Origin: Escherichia phage DCP2 | Reading direction: 5' to 3' (one strand) | DNA length: 64,000 bases | Sequence record: OR780565.1 | In this document: positions 40,220-50,854 of the stretch, one piece after another | Numbering within the stretch: position 1 is the first letter of the stretch | Layout: each line of letters begins with the position of its first letter | The notes under the pieces: model-generated | What the model saw: only the letters and a program-made list of their open reading frames with translations | Told to the model about the DNA's origin: nothing | The model's database searches: none | Made by a program: the position numbers and the translations under genes

Positions 40220-40870
40220 TTAATAATAGCCGAAATCTTGAACAGAATCCTTAATTACGATTTGGTCAAATCGTGGAACGTGTGAAGGTTGAGATGCAGG
40301 ATTCTGTGAAAAAAGGTTTGGCGCAGTTAAATTTCCTGTCATAGTGTCTCCAGAGCGTAATACCCTAGAGTTTGCATTTGCTGTAACAGTATTTATTGCT
40401 CCATCAACATAATCTTTGCGAGTAACATCAGATGCTGCGGAAGGAGTAGATGTAACAGTTACAGATGGAGCCTTTACAGCTTTGGTGAATGTTGTCAAAC
40501 CTTCTGGCGTAATAGTAATTTGTCCAGTAGTGATTTCACTACCTGCAGGTCTAAAACTAATACCGCCAGAAGAGCCACCAACTACAAGAGTATTGCCGGT
40601 ACCGCCACCAGAACGAATTCGGATAGGGGTTTCATTATTACTTAATTGAAGATAACTATTTACCCCGTAATTAATAGTAATTGGACCGGTGTAAGTACCA
40701 CCATTAGCTTTAGAAACGAAATCGTTATCAGCTGCCTGCGGTTTATTATATTCTGAATATATTTTAAATGATTTGTAGAGTACATCGTCACCGGCTGAAT
40801 TCAATGGAAAATTTCCTTGATGCCAAATGACAGATCCACCCACAGTTGAACCTACTTTTAAATCAGCCAT
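40220..40870 (-). CDS. 36: gp36 long tail fibre hinge/distal connector
   Basis: 216 aa, between 35 and 37. Confidence 0.8.
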   Translation of the reverse strand: MADLKVGSTVGGSVIWHQGNFPLNSAGDDVLYKSFKIYSEYNKPQAADNDFVSKANGGTYTGPITINYGVNSYLQLSNNETPIRIRSGGGTGNTLVVGGSSGGISFRPAGSEITTGQITITPEGLTTFTKAVKAPSVTVTSTPSAASDVTRKDYVDGAINTVTANANSRVLRSGDTMTGNLTAPNLFSQNPASQPSHVPRFDQIVIKDSVQDFGYY

Positions 40871-40893
40871 TATATGCCCCTTTATTTTAATAT

Positions 40894-40901
40894 TATTTAT
40901 A
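40894..40901 (-). promoter_or_regulatory. T4 late promoter (TATAAATA) for gene 36
   Basis: Minus-strand TATAAATA about 24 nt upstream of gene 36 ATG. Confidence 0.6.
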
Positions 40902-40903
40902 AA

Positions 40904-40926
40904 GAAAAAGGGAACCCAAAGGCTCC
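40904..40926 (-). terminator. hairpin plus U tract after gene 35
   Basis: Minus-strand GGGAGCC-TTTG-GGTTCCC (one G.U pair) followed by TTTTT. Confidence 0.45.
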
Positions 40927-40932
40927 CTCAGT

Positions 40933-42048
40933 TTAAACTTCTCTAAATTCTTGCCCAAACACTTTGCCAGTTTTAGAAGAGGCTTGTGTAGGAAGTACCA
41001 TTATATCTGGAGGTGAAGCCGATTCACAGACATAATTAACGCGAATACCGTTGACGCCAAATTCGGCAGGTTTTGAAATGCCGCCATTTCTTGATACTTC
41101 AGAAAAACTTAAATTTCTCATGCCGCCTTGACCTGCTTGAGCAGTTCTTTGTGCATATATCGTAAATCCTACGGCGTTTTCTGGAACAACTACATAGTCT
41201 TCTTTTAATTCCCAAGACCCAGCTTGCCCAGTAAACTCAGCTTGGGTCGAGGAAATATATCCATTTGATGCATCATAAAAACGAATAGATATATTTGTAG
41301 TTCCAAGATCAAGTAAATCAGCATCAGCATATAACTGTGCTTTAAGATAAAGAACATCACCAGGAATTAAATTATAATCAGATAGTTTACTTATAGCAGC
41401 TGAAGTTGGTAATCGCGCAATTTCGTTATTAGTTCCACCAACCGCTGACATAAATTGCTCGACACTTTCATATGTTCTTTTAGGAAATCCCGTAGCTCCG
41501 ACGTCTTCTAAACTATCAAATACAACATCTAAAATAGTTTGATAATCATCTGTGCTTTTTCTATTACTTAGTTTAACATGCTCTAATGCAATAGCTCTTT
41601 TAGAAGAAGTATAAAAAGCAGCATATGATACGTCAAATCTTGACAATACGGAATCTGATGGAAAAACTGAAGTTCCTGCTCCTTTTAACCAAGATACCAC
41701 TTCAGGAGGAAAATTAACCTTTCCACTAGTTAATATAGCAACAAGTCTATTGTTTGACAAAGAATTCATGAAACTAACAAAAGCAGCTGATGTAGTATTA
41801 TTTGAAGTAGAAAAAGCATATGACTTACTATCAACTAATGCTCCCGTAGAAGGGTCAAAAACTCTTAAATGAAGACCTGCACTAAATGTTTGATTTCCAA
41901 CGGGATTATCCTGAAATTTAACATATGGCCCCGCAGTAGAAAGCGGGCAAGAACCCGCTATGCTTATTTTATATCTTACTGAATTGCTTTCCGATAAAAA
42001 TGGCGTTTGGACATATCCTTGTCCAAACTCTGCCATAAATTTTTCCAT
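40933..42048 (-). CDS. 35: gp35 long tail fibre hinge
   Basis: 371 aa, between 34 and 36. Confidence 0.8.
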   Translation of the reverse strand: MEKFMAEFGQGYVQTPFLSESNSVRYKISIAGSCPLSTAGPYVKFQDNPVGNQTFSAGLHLRVFDPSTGALVDSKSYAFSTSNNTTSAAFVSFMNSLSNNRLVAILTSGKVNFPPEVVSWLKGAGTSVFPSDSVLSRFDVSYAAFYTSSKRAIALEHVKLSNRKSTDDYQTILDVVFDSLEDVGATGFPKRTYESVEQFMSAVGGTNNEIARLPTSAAISKLSDYNLIPGDVLYLKAQLYADADLLDLGTTNISIRFYDASNGYISSTQAEFTGQAGSWELKEDYVVVPENAVGFTIYAQRTAQAGQGGMRNLSFSEVSRNGGISKPAEFGVNGIRVNYVCESASPPDIMVLPTQASSKTGKVFGQEFREV

Positions 42049-42056
42049 AATACCTC

Positions 42057-45000
42057 TTATTCAACCCATTCAAATTTAACAGTTTTATTCACTGGGTCAG
42101 GAATAATGCGAACATTACCAATTCGTAAGAAATCGCGAATAGTAAGATTACCTATTATTCCATTATCAGATGGGATCGCTCCTATATCTGAAGGTTGAGG
42201 AGGGTTACCTCCGTCAAATACCTGAACAAAACTTGACCAAGAGTTTTTGGTTTTCTGCCATGTACGTGTCCAGCGAGTGGTACGTGCTTCTGGGGTCGTT
42301 GGATAAGTAATCCAATCTTGGTAAAGTGAATCAAGTGTGTTACCAAACTGAGTCAATGTACCAGGAGATTTAACTTCTTCACCACGTTCTAAGTATGGAA
42401 GTCCAGTAACTTCATTAGTTTTTTCAACCATTTTAAAATAACCCGGGAACTGGTTATAAGTGGCTGAATCATTAATATCGATTGACCAGAATCCTACAGT
42501 ATCAGATGTCGGCGCACGGGTATATAAATCAGATGTTTTAACACCTTGAGAACGAATTCTCGAGTTAACAGTTAAACCACCTGAATTTATAGTAGCACCT
42601 TTAGCAATGATCAAGCTTTCACCAATTGTGACCTGCCCAGATTGATTATTAATGGACAATGGACGTAATCCATTAAATCCACCAGTTTGATTGCCTGATG
42701 CAGTAAGCATAAAATTCGTTACTGACCCGTCATTACGAATAATGAAACCATAATTTCCATTAATAGCACGGAAAGCATTTGCGCTTCGAGAAATAATTTC
42801 ACCAGTTGCAGTGACTGAATTACCAAATGTAGCAACGCCATTCGCATTCAATGTTCCTGAAGCATTAACATTTATCGGTGTTACTGTACCATTGATATTA
42901 AATGTTATATTTCCAGCTTTATTACGCTGAGAATAAAAATGACTAGAAGTTTCATCACTAACTTCAAATACAGTAGAACGTGTTGTGTCCGATTCACCGC
43001 TGAATTGATTTCCCCACACTCTGACTGTCATCGTCTGTACCGGGTTAGTTCCAGTTTGAGGTCCTTTCTCAAAAATCAGACGAGTTGCCGTTCCAGTATT
43101 AGAAATAGTTAATGCACTATTTGCCGAAACTGATCCACCAAACGTAGCAGTACTAGATGATACAAGAGGGGCACTCAGATTCGTTTGTTGTGTTAAGGTT
43201 AGTGAACCATTAACCGTCTGCGCAATATCCCTACGAATGAACTGGAGTGAATCTAGACCATCTAATAAATTACTATCTACGGCTTTTGCTTTTAATGGCA
43301 AATAATTTGCTAATACGCGATTTAATTCATATGGTGATACTGCATAACCATTTTTCTCATATGATTCTAATGGCTGTGTTGAACCAGCTGTATCATTACC
43401 AACGAATGTAATTGAACCAGACGAAGTTTTAACAAAACCTCTTATCGCAGTAGTCGCTGCCCAAGTAGGTTCACTCTGCACAATCCATTTTAAATTTTTT
43501 GGAGATACAGCAGTATTTGCTGACGTTCCAGCTACAGTTTCAGACCGAGTTGCAACTTTAATAACGCCTTCCTGTGCTTCAGTAGATTTAGTACCTAAAA
43601 GCTTTTTAGGAGTTATTAGAACATTATCCAATGTTCCTGCAGCAGCTTCAACTTGTGTAGCTACACGAAGTGTACCACGCTGTGTCTCATTTGCTTCAAG
43701 AATATTAAGGGTATAATGGTCCCAGAGAGTTCCTGATTCAACTAATCCAGATAGAGCAACAACAGAAGTACGATCAGTACTATTAAATCTGGTTTTAATT
43801 TTTAATGGTGTAGAGATACGAGTATCGTCGACGCCTGCGTCGAATTCAACTTGTGTAGCAATTTCAGCTATACCACTTAAACTTTCAGTTGCTATACGGT
43901 CATTTAAAGTTTTCGGAGTGACTGCACGAGTATAATCAGTTCCTGTATTAACTTCACTTTGCGTAGCAATTTCAATTAAACCAATTCTTGCATCAGTTGA
44001 TGTCTTTTTATGTAACGTTTCTGGCGTTACAACCGCATTTGCCCATCCTTCTTGGCTTTGTCCAGCAATTACTTCACTTTCAACTGCTAAAATTACTGCG
44101 CCTTGTTGCGTTGGAGTAGCTTTATACTGATCCAAAGCTTTAGGTGAAACAACTAAATTATTAGTGTTTTTATTATAAACATTTGTACCATTTAATTCAC
44201 GACTAGAGGCTGGAGTAGCTCCTGCGGTAGATACAAAAGTTACAATACCCGATAATGTTTCAGAACCTTGACGAGCTTGAAGCTTTTTAGGAGTGATGAT
44301 TGTAGTATCATCGATACCTGTATTAGTTTCCTGCTGCGTAGCAATTTCAGCAACACCTCTGCGAGTTTCTGTAGCAGTTCTTTCATTCAGCTTTTTAGGA
44401 GTGATGATAAGGTCATCAGCAAAAGAGAATGTAGTGTTCTGATTTACTTGAGCAGTAGTTGCTATTCTTGCGATACCTCTGCGAGTTTCTGTAGCAGTAC
44501 GATTAGCTAACGTTTCTGGAGTAATTGCCAATTCTTTTTGTGGAGAATTTTCTAAATCAGCATTTGCTTGAGCTTGTGTAGCTAAAGCAATTACGCCTAA
44601 TCTTGCTCTAGTAGAATTATTTAAAGAATCGACTCTTTCAACTGTTGGAACGTTTTGTTGTACAACCCAGTATTTTCCATCAGAATCTTCTATATAAGCA
44701 AGTTGTAAAACTGGAACATAATTAGTTTCACCGTTAAAAACTAATTCCTGTACAGTCACCCATTCAGCTTCAGGTGGATATTCTGAACGTTTTGGGAATT
44801 GCAGCAATTGAACTGAAGAAGCAATTTTATCTTCACCGGCGGCTTTGATTTTAACTGTTTGTCCTTTTCTCATGTAATTCATGGAAATTTTAACAGTATC
44901 ACCAACAGAAATATCAGTCGGAAGCTGAAGTTCAATTGTTTGGGCTGTTCCGTTATTCGCACCAAATACCATAACTTCTTCATTTGGACGAATGTTAGAA

Positions 45001-45926
45001 TTAGTTGTTATAATGCGTAAACGTGCTTTACTATCCCCGTCAAACAATCTCCACAATTTTTCATTATCATCAAACATCAAGAAACCATCAATCGATGTAC
45101 GACCTTCAATAGAATGAGTTCCAACTTCTTGTACTGAAGTTGTTTCATCATATGTCGTGACAATTGTATGATAAAGTGGATTTAATTTATCTAAATCAAC
45201 GAAATTAATAATATCGCCATGATTAGCAAATCTCGGAAGTTTAATATTAATCGGCGCAGCGGAAGTAAATCTACGCACGATAAAATCATTAGATTGTGCT
45301 TGATATGCAGTCGATGGAGTAACAATCGCAGCTTCTCTGCTATAATCAGCAACATACATTTGCCACAAACGATTATTAAAAATGAATATCATTTGTGACT
45401 TTGGATGAGTCATTAGAACTGAACGTACTTGTTCACCTCTAAAATTAACAATACTCTGATTTGAAGAATTTATTTTAACCTGATTTATACCAGGTTTTCC
45501 ACCGATATCTTGAATTATTACGGTTTCTCCATCAAGCGGAGAAGGTGGTAAAGTAAACTCAATGTCATTGCCAACTGATGTATCTACTGAAATTGCTTCT
45601 CCGGATTTTAATTGATATGGTCCAGATGATACAGTTGTATATACGGCATCAGTACGTAATGCTTTCCAACGAATTCTATTAAAATTTCCAGCAGGTTTTG
45701 GAATATTATCCGTTGCTGCCCAAAAACGATTATTATAAATGATTACAAAATCTTTTAAATATCCACGAGTTGGATCATATTGCTGAACTGTGTTTTCTTG
45801 AATTAAGTAATCAACGTTAACACCGTCAGTTCCTACAGTACGATCAGCTAAAGCTACATTGATTATTTTATCGCCACCTGCGTCCAGACCGTCTTCTGCT
45901 CTGAACTTTCTTTTAATCTCGGCCAT
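42057..45926 (-). CDS. 34: gp34 long tail fibre proximal subunit
   Basis: 1289 aa; internal about 40-aa tandem repeats (ITPKKL...TATETRRG...IATQ). Confidence 0.9.
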   Translation of the reverse strand: MAEIKRKFRAEDGLDAGGDKIINVALADRTVGTDGVNVDYLIQENTVQQYDPTRGYLKDFVIIYNNRFWAATDNIPKPAGNFNRIRWKALRTDAVYTTVSSGPYQLKSGEAISVDTSVGNDIEFTLPPSPLDGETVIIQDIGGKPGINQVKINSSNQSIVNFRGEQVRSVLMTHPKSQMIFIFNNRLWQMYVADYSREAAIVTPSTAYQAQSNDFIVRRFTSAAPINIKLPRFANHGDIINFVDLDKLNPLYHTIVTTYDETTSVQEVGTHSIEGRTSIDGFLMFDDNEKLWRLFDGDSKARLRIITTNSNIRPNEEVMVFGANNGTAQTIELQLPTDISVGDTVKISMNYMRKGQTVKIKAAGEDKIASSVQLLQFPKRSEYPPEAEWVTVQELVFNGETNYVPVLQLAYIEDSDGKYWVVQQNVPTVERVDSLNNSTRARLGVIALATQAQANADLENSPQKELAITPETLANRTATETRRGIARIATTAQVNQNTTFSFADDLIITPKKLNERTATETRRGVAEIATQQETNTGIDDTTIITPKKLQARQGSETLSGIVTFVSTAGATPASSRELNGTNVYNKNTNNLVVSPKALDQYKATPTQQGAVILAVESEVIAGQSQEGWANAVVTPETLHKKTSTDARIGLIEIATQSEVNTGTDYTRAVTPKTLNDRIATESLSGIAEIATQVEFDAGVDDTRISTPLKIKTRFNSTDRTSVVALSGLVESGTLWDHYTLNILEANETQRGTLRVATQVEAAAGTLDNVLITPKKLLGTKSTEAQEGVIKVATRSETVAGTSANTAVSPKNLKWIVQSEPTWAATTAIRGFVKTSSGSITFVGNDTAGSTQPLESYEKNGYAVSPYELNRVLANYLPLKAKAVDSNLLDGLDSLQFIRRDIAQTVNGSLTLTQQTNLSAPLVSSSTATFGGSVSANSALTISNTGTATRLIFEKGPQTGTNPVQTMTVRVWGNQFSGESDTTRSTVFEVSDETSSHFYSQRNKAGNITFNINGTVTPINVNASGTLNANGVATFGNSVTATGEIISRSANAFRAINGNYGFIIRNDGSVTNFMLTASGNQTGGFNGLRPLSINNQSGQVTIGESLIIAKGATINSGGLTVNSRIRSQGVKTSDLYTRAPTSDTVGFWSIDINDSATYNQFPGYFKMVEKTNEVTGLPYLERGEEVKSPGTLTQFGNTLDSLYQDWITYPTTPEARTTRWTRTWQKTKNSWSSFVQVFDGGNPPQPSDIGAIPSDNGIIGNLTIRDFLRIGNVRIIPDPVNKTVKFEWVE
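44355..44498 (-). repeat. tandem 120-bp coding repeat within gene 34
   Basis: 24-nt identical core ACCTCTGCGAGTTTCTGTAGCAGT at 44355-44378 and 44475-44498. Confidence 0.8.
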
Positions 45927-45960
45927 TCTCCCGGGCTCCTATTGTGTTTTCAATAATAAG

Positions 45961-45968
45961 TATTTATA
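45961..45968 (-). promoter_or_regulatory. T4 late promoter (TATAAATA) for gene 34
   Basis: Minus-strand TATAAATA about 35 nt upstream of gene 34 ATG. Confidence 0.6.
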
Positions 45969-45971
45969 CTT

Positions 45972-46001
45972 GTTTACTTTAAGATTTGGATAGTATATAA
46001 T
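45972..46001 (+). promoter_or_regulatory. T4-type early promoter for rnh
   Basis: GTTTAC 45972-45977, TATATAAT about 17 bp downstream. Confidence 0.6.
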
Positions 46002-46030
46002 AGAAATCTCACTAATTGAACGAGGTTCAT

Positions 46031-46948
46031 ATGGATTTAGAAATGATGCTGGATGAAGATTACAAAGAAGGAATTTGCTTAATTGACTTTAGTCAAATTG
46101 CGCTTTCAACTGCTTTAGTAAACTTTCCAGATAAAGAAAAAATTAACTTATCAATGGTTCGTCATTTGATATTGAACTCAATTAAGTTTAATGTCAAAAA
46201 AGCAAAAACTCTTGGATACACTAAAATTGTACTGTGTATTGATAACGCGAAATCTGGATACTGGCGTCGTGATTTCGCTTATTATTATAAGAAAAACCGT
46301 GGAAAAGCACGAGAAGAATCTACTTGGGACTGGGAAGGTTATTTTGAATCCAGCCATAAAGTTATAGATGAATTGAAAGCTTATATGCCATACATTGTTA
46401 TGGATATTGATAAGTATGAAGCAGATGACCACATTGCTGTTCTTGTTAAAAAGTTCTCTTTAGAAGGACATAAGATTTTAATCATTTCATCGGATGGTGA
46501 CTTTACACAGCTTCACAAATATCCAAATGTTAAGCAATGGTCACCGATGCATAAGAAATGGGTTAAAATTAAAAGCGGTTCTGCTGAAATTGATTGTATG
46601 ACTAAAATTCTTAAGGGTGACAAAAAGGATAATGTTGCTTCAGTTAAAGTACGTTCTGACTTTTGGTTTACCAGAGTTGAAGGTGAACGAACTCCTTCAA
46701 TGAAAACTTCAATCGTTGAAGCTATTGCTAATGACCGTGAGCAAGCTAAGGTGCTTCTCACAGAATCTGAATATAATCGTTATAAAGAAAATTTAGTTCT
46801 AATTGATTTTGATTATATTCCTGATAATATTGCTTCAAACATTGTGAATTACTATAATTCATATAAATTACCACCGCGTGGCAAAATTTATTCATATTTT
46901 GTAAAAGCGGGTCTTTCTAAATTAACTAATAGCATTAATGAATTTTGA
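46031..46948 (+). CDS. rnh: RNase H (5'-3' exonuclease/flap endonuclease)
   Basis: 305 aa from ATG at 46031 (MDLEMM); matches T4 RNase H; track TTG start at 46016 less likely. Confidence 0.9.
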   Translation: MDLEMMLDEDYKEGICLIDFSQIALSTALVNFPDKEKINLSMVRHLILNSIKFNVKKAKTLGYTKIVLCIDNAKSGYWRRDFAYYYKKNRGKAREESTWDWEGYFESSHKVIDELKAYMPYIVMDIDKYEADDHIAVLVKKFSLEGHKILIISSDGDFTQLHKYPNVKQWSPMHKKWVKIKSGSAEIDCMTKILKGDKKDNVASVKVRSDFWFTRVEGERTPSMKTSIVEAIANDREQAKVLLTESEYNRYKENLVLIDFDYIPDNIASNIVNYYNSYKLPPRGKIYSYFVKAGLSKLTNSINEF

Positions 46949-46956
46949 GGTGAATA

Positions 46957-47226
46957 ATGGCTAAAAAAGAAATGGTTGAATTTGATGAAGCTATCCATGG
47001 CGAAGACTTGGCTAAATTTATTAAAGAAGCATCTGATCATAAACTGAAAATTTCCGGTTATAATGAACTGATTAAAGATATTCGAATTCGTGCCAAAGAT
47101 GAACTTGGCGTTGATGGTAAGATGTTTAATCGTCTATTAGCTTTGTATCATAAAGATAACCGTGATGTGTTTGAAGCTGAAACTGAAGAGGTAGTTGAAC
47201 TTTATGACACAGTTTTCTCTAAATGA
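46957..47226 (+). CDS. dsbA: DsbA dsDNA-binding protein
   Basis: 89 aa between rnh and 33. Confidence 0.75.
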   Translation: MAKKEMVEFDEAIHGEDLAKFIKEASDHKLKISGYNELIKDIRIRAKDELGVDGKMFNRLLALYHKDNRDVFEAETEEVVELYDTVFSK

Positions 47227-47542
47227 TATTCGTCCGGTCGATGAGACCGGTCTTTCAGAAAAAGAACTTTCAATCAAGAAAGAAAAGGATGAAATAGCAA
47301 AGCTTCTTGATCGTCAAGAAAATGGATTTATTATTGAAAAAATGGTAGAAGAATTTGGAATGAGTTATCTTGAAGCTACAACAGCATTTTTGGAAGAAAA
47401 CTCTATTCCTGAAACTCAATTTGCTAAATTTATTCCTTCGGGTATAATTGAAAAAATTCAGTCAGAAGCCATTGACGAAAATCTTTTACGTCCTTCTGTT
47501 GTTCGTTGCGAAAAAACTAATACATTAGATTTTCTACTATGA
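47204..47542 (+). CDS. 33: gp33 late transcription co-activator
   Basis: 112 aa from ATG 47204 (MTQFSLNDIRPVDETG), overlapping dsbA end. Confidence 0.85.
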   Translation: MTQFSLNDIRPVDETGLSEKELSIKKEKDEIAKLLDRQENGFIIEKMVEEFGMSYLEATTAFLEENSIPETQFAKFIPSGIIEKIQSEAIDENLLRPSVVRCEKTNTLDFLL

Positions 47543-48192
47543 TTAAACTCCGCATGCCTGCTGGTGGTGAAAGATACATTGATGGTAAATCAGTTTATAA
47601 ATTATACTTAATGATAAAACAACATATGAATGGAAAGTATGATGTAATTAAGTATAATTGGTGCATGCGGGTGTCTGATGCCGCTTATCAAAAGCGAAGG
47701 GATAAGTATTTTTTCCAGAAGTTATCAGAAAAATATAAATTAAAGGAACTTGCTTTAATCTTTATAAGCAATCTGGTTGCTAACCAGGATGCTTGGATTG
47801 GTGACATCTCTGACGCTGATGCACTTGTGTTTTATCGTGAATATATCGGACGCTTAAAGCAAATTAAATTTAAGTTTGAAGAAGATATTCGCAACATTTA
47901 TTATTTTAGTAAAAAAGTTGAAGTTTCTGCTTTTAAAGAAATCTTTGAGTATAATCCAAAAGTTCAATCAAGTTATATTTTTAAACTACTTCAATCGAAT
48001 ATAATTTCGTTTGAGACGTTTATCTTGCTTGATTCGTTTTTAAATATAATCGATAAACATGATGAACAGACTGATAATTTAGTCTGGAATAATTATTCTA
48101 TAAAGTTAAAAGCTTATAGAAAAATTTTAAATATTGATTCACAGAAAGCTAAAAGTGTTTTCATTGAAACTGTGAAATCTTGCAAGTATTAA
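47539..48192 (+). CDS. 59: gp59 helicase loader
   Basis: 217 aa, ATGA overlap with 33; matches T4 gp59. Confidence 0.88.
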   Translation: MIKLRMPAGGERYIDGKSVYKLYLMIKQHMNGKYDVIKYNWCMRVSDAAYQKRRDKYFFQKLSEKYKLKELALIFISNLVANQDAWIGDISDADALVFYREYIGRLKQIKFKFEEDIRNIYYFSKKVEVSAFKEIFEYNPKVQSSYIFKLLQSNIISFETFILLDSFLNIIDKHDEQTDNLVWNNYSIKLKAYRKILNIDSQKAKSVFIETVKSCKY

Positions 48193-48193
48193 T

Positions 48194-48826
48194 ATGAATA
48201 TAGTATATTGGTTTACATTTGAAGACCGTGTCAAAAATAAGACTCCGCCGTACTACTATATCGGCAGTAAATTAAATTGCTCATTTGAAAATGGAATAAT
48301 ATATGACTCTTCCGGAAAGGAATACTGGAGTTCATGTAAACAAAAGAGATTTTTAAATGCGGTAATGCTTCAAAAACCGAGCGTTAAAATAATTCAAATT
48401 GATGATGATTTGGATGTTATTGAAGCAGAGCGAAAATACCAACTTGAAGTAAATGCCAGAGATAATCCAGACTATTTTAATCTGGTATATGCTGGCGGCG
48501 GATTTGGTGTGAGTGGTGAAACTCATCCAGCCAAAGACCCGGAAGTTAGAGAGCATATGAGATTGGCTAATTATATGAACCGTGACGATTTTAGACCTTG
48601 GAAAACATCACGAGCTAATATAGAGTCTTGGAAATTATCTCATATTGCTTACGAGAATTATGTGTTATTATTATCCTCTAATCTGTACGGTAAAACTCCT
48701 GGATGGCGAAGAGTTAAAGGTAATATAAATATAACTGATGCAACTGCTAAATCAATGGTAAAGTATTTCAACTCAGGTTGGATACCTCTCGAAGACCCAG
48801 AGTATTGCGAATTATGCCAGCTATGA
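48194..48826 (+). CDS. putative free-standing GIY-YIG-like endonuclease (210 aa) between 59 and 32
   Basis: N-terminus IVYWFTF...(11 aa)...YYIGSK resembles GIY-x(10-11)-YIG; locus corresponds to T4 segG (32.1). Confidence 0.45.
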   Translation: MNIVYWFTFEDRVKNKTPPYYYIGSKLNCSFENGIIYDSSGKEYWSSCKQKRFLNAVMLQKPSVKIIQIDDDLDVIEAERKYQLEVNARDNPDYFNLVYAGGGFGVSGETHPAKDPEVREHMRLANYMNRDDFRPWKTSRANIESWKLSHIAYENYVLLLSSNLYGKTPGWRRVKGNINITDATAKSMVKYFNSGWIPLEDPEYCELCQL

Positions 48827-48876
48827 GGTAAAGTGTCATAGCACCAACTGTTAATTAAATTAAAAAGGAAATAAAA

Positions 48877-49785
48877 ATGTTTAAACGTAAATCTACTGCT
48901 GAACTCGCTGCACAAATGGCTAAACTGGCTGGAAATAAAGGTGGTTTTTCTTCTGAAGATAAAGGCGAGTGGAAACTGAAACTCGATAATGCGGGTAACG
49001 GTCAAGCAGTAATTCGTTTTCTTCCGTCTAAAAATGATGAACAAGCACCATTTGCACTTCTTGTAAATCACGGTTTCAAGAAAAATGGTAAATGGTATAT
49101 CGAAACATGCTCATCTACCTACGGTGATTACGATTCTTGTCCAGTATGTCAGTACATCAGTAAAAATGATTTGTACAACACTGACAATAAAGAGTATGGT
49201 CTTGTTAAACGCAAAACTTCTTACTGGGCTAACATTCTTGTTGTAAAAGACCCAGCTGCTCCAGAAAATGAAGGTAAAGTATTTAAATATCGTTTCGGTA
49301 AGAAAATCTGGGATAAAATCAATGCAATGATTGCAGTTGATGTTGAAATGGGTGAAACTCCGGTTGATGTAACTTGCCCGTGGGAAGGTGCTAACTTTGT
49401 ACTGAAAGTTAAACAAGTTTCTGGTTTTAGTAACTACGACGAATCTAAATTCCTGAATCAATCTGCGATTCCAAACATTGACGATGAATCTTTCCAGAAA
49501 GAACTGTTCGAACAAATGGTTGACCTTTCTGAAATGACTTCTAAAGATAAATTCAAATCATTTGAAGAACTGAGCACTAAGTTCAGTCAAGTTATGGGAA
49601 CTGCTGCTATGGGCGGTGCCGCAGCAACTGCCGCTAAGAAAGCTGATAAAGTTGCTGATGATTTGGATGCATTCAATGTTGATGACTTCAAAACAAAAAC
49701 TGAAGATGATTTTATGAGCTCAAGCTCTGGCAGTTCATCTAGTGCTGATGACACGGACCTGGATGACCTTTTGAATGACCTTTAA
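48877..49785 (+). CDS. 32: gp32 single-stranded DNA-binding protein
   Basis: 302 aa; near-identical to T4 gp32 incl. zinc site [14 protein letters not shown] and acidic C-terminus. Confidence 0.95.
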   Translation: MFKRKSTAELAAQMAKLAGNKGGFSSEDKGEWKLKLDNAGNGQAVIRFLPSKNDEQAPFALLVNHGFKKNGKWYIETCSSTYGDYDSCPVCQYISKNDLYNTDNKEYGLVKRKTSYWANILVVKDPAAPENEGKVFKYRFGKKIWDKINAMIAVDVEMGETPVDVTCPWEGANFVLKVKQVSGFSNYDESKFLNQSAIPNIDDESFQKELFEQMVDLSEMTSKDKFKSFEELSTKFSQVMGTAAMGGAAATAAKKADKVADDLDAFNVDDFKTKTEDDFMSSSSGSSSSADDTDLDDLLNDL

Positions 49786-49807
49786 TAGATTATATTACTA
49801 ATTAATT

Positions 49808-49832
49808 GGGGACCCTAGAGGTCCCCTTTTTT
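49808..49832 (+). terminator. intrinsic terminator after gene 32
   Basis: GGGGACC-CTAGA-GGTCCCC hairpin followed by T6. Confidence 0.8.
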
Positions 49833-49857
49833 ATTTCAAAAATTTTTTCACAAAACT

Positions 49858-49888
49858 GTTTACACCTCTGTTCTTCTATGGTACTATA
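49858..49888 (+). promoter_or_regulatory. T4-type early promoter
   Basis: GTTTAC 49858-49863, TACTAT 49882-49887; A/T-rich upstream cassette repeated elsewhere. Confidence 0.65.
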
Positions 49889-49930
49889 CAACTATCGGCA
49901 ATACTGCTGACGATTAAAGAGGAAAATAAT

Positions 49931-50158
49931 ATGGCTAAAGTTGATATTGACATCGTTGATTTTGAATATATTGAAGAAATTATTCGTAATCGTTATCCTG
50001 AACTTAGTATCACAAGCGTACAAGATTCTAAGTTTTGGAGTATTCAAATCGTTATTGAAGGTCCTCTTGAAGACCTCACCCGCTTTATGGCTAATGAATA
50101 TTGCGATGGCATGGATGCTGAAGACGCAGAATTTTATATGGGACTGATTGAACAATAA
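49931..50158 (+). CDS. hypothetical acidic protein (75 aa)
   Basis: GAGGAAAA RBS. Confidence 0.5.
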   Translation: MAKVDIDIVDFEYIEEIIRNRYPELSITSVQDSKFWSIQIVIEGPLEDLTRFMANEYCDGMDAEDAEFYMGLIEQ

Positions 50159-50203
50159 TTATCAAGGGGCTATTACAGTCCCGTTAAAATGAGGAAAATC
50201 AAA

Positions 50204-50590
50204 ATGGAAATCGGCAAAAAATATGAGTTAAATCCACACCGTATTAAATCTTTCATTGATATTAGTTCATCAAATGCTAATATGGTCAGCATCATTCAAG
50301 AAAATGGCGGTTGGTTTGAAGTTAAATCAATATCAAGTTTAGATGGCTTTGATTATGTAACCGAAATCATTTGTGCTAATGGCGAAATCTATAATGATGA
50401 TGGCATAGGTGATGATTATTTTGAACTTAGTGAAGAAGAGTTTTATTGTTTCCGCGAGTATAAAGAACCGACTTCTGAAGAAGATGAAGTCGAAGACAAG
50501 GTTTCTGGCGTAACAAAAATTCACTGCATTGTAGACGAAAACAATGTAGATGAAATCATTGAACTTTTGCGAAAAACTTTTAAGGCCTAA
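50204..50590 (+). CDS. hypothetical protein (128 aa)
   Basis: ATG 50204 after GAGGAAAA RBS. Confidence 0.5.
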   Translation: MEIGKKYELNPHRIKSFIDISSSNANMVSIIQENGGWFEVKSISSLDGFDYVTEIICANGEIYNDDGIGDDYFELSEEEFYCFREYKEPTSEEDEVEDKVSGVTKIHCIVDENNVDEIIELLRKTFKA

Positions 50591-50591
50591 T

Positions 50592-50852
50592 ATGACTAAA
50601 GATGATTTCCTGGATGCGGTAGAAAAAGCTAGTGAGAAATTTGAAGTGATGGGTGTACGGGTCCATAAAGACAGAAATTACGGACTCGATATTCAAACGT
50701 ATTCGTTATGGCTTGTGGGTGAACACAGTCTTGTAACCAGTTTAGTTATGGGTGTCGATACCTATCCTCTATTGGTTAAGTTCAGAAGTATGGAAAAGGC
50801 TACTAAAGAAATGATTAAGCTTGGTAAGTGGCTCGATAAAATTCAAAAATAA
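50592..50852 (+). CDS. hypothetical protein (86 aa)
   Basis: ATG directly after upstream stop. Confidence 0.45.
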   Translation: MTKDDFLDAVEKASEKFEVMGVRVHKDRNYGLDIQTYSLWLVGEHSLVTSLVMGVDTYPLLVKFRSMEKATKEMIKLGKWLDKIQK

Positions 50853-50854
50853 TT

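Noticed and set aside
36481-45926. Short plus-strand ORFs in the tail-fibre block (e.g. 36481-36663, 38991-39245, 39694-40164, 40416-40649, 44268-44510)
   Set aside because: All antisense to long, well-supported minus-strand genes 38, 37, 36 and 34.
46016-46030. TTG start extending rnh by five codons
   Set aside because: ATG at 46031 gives the 305-aa product matching T4 RNase H and sits downstream of the early promoter.
48658-49515. Minus-strand ORFs of 137 and 134 aa
   Set aside because: Lie antisense within and around gene 32, which is unambiguous; likely chance ORFs.
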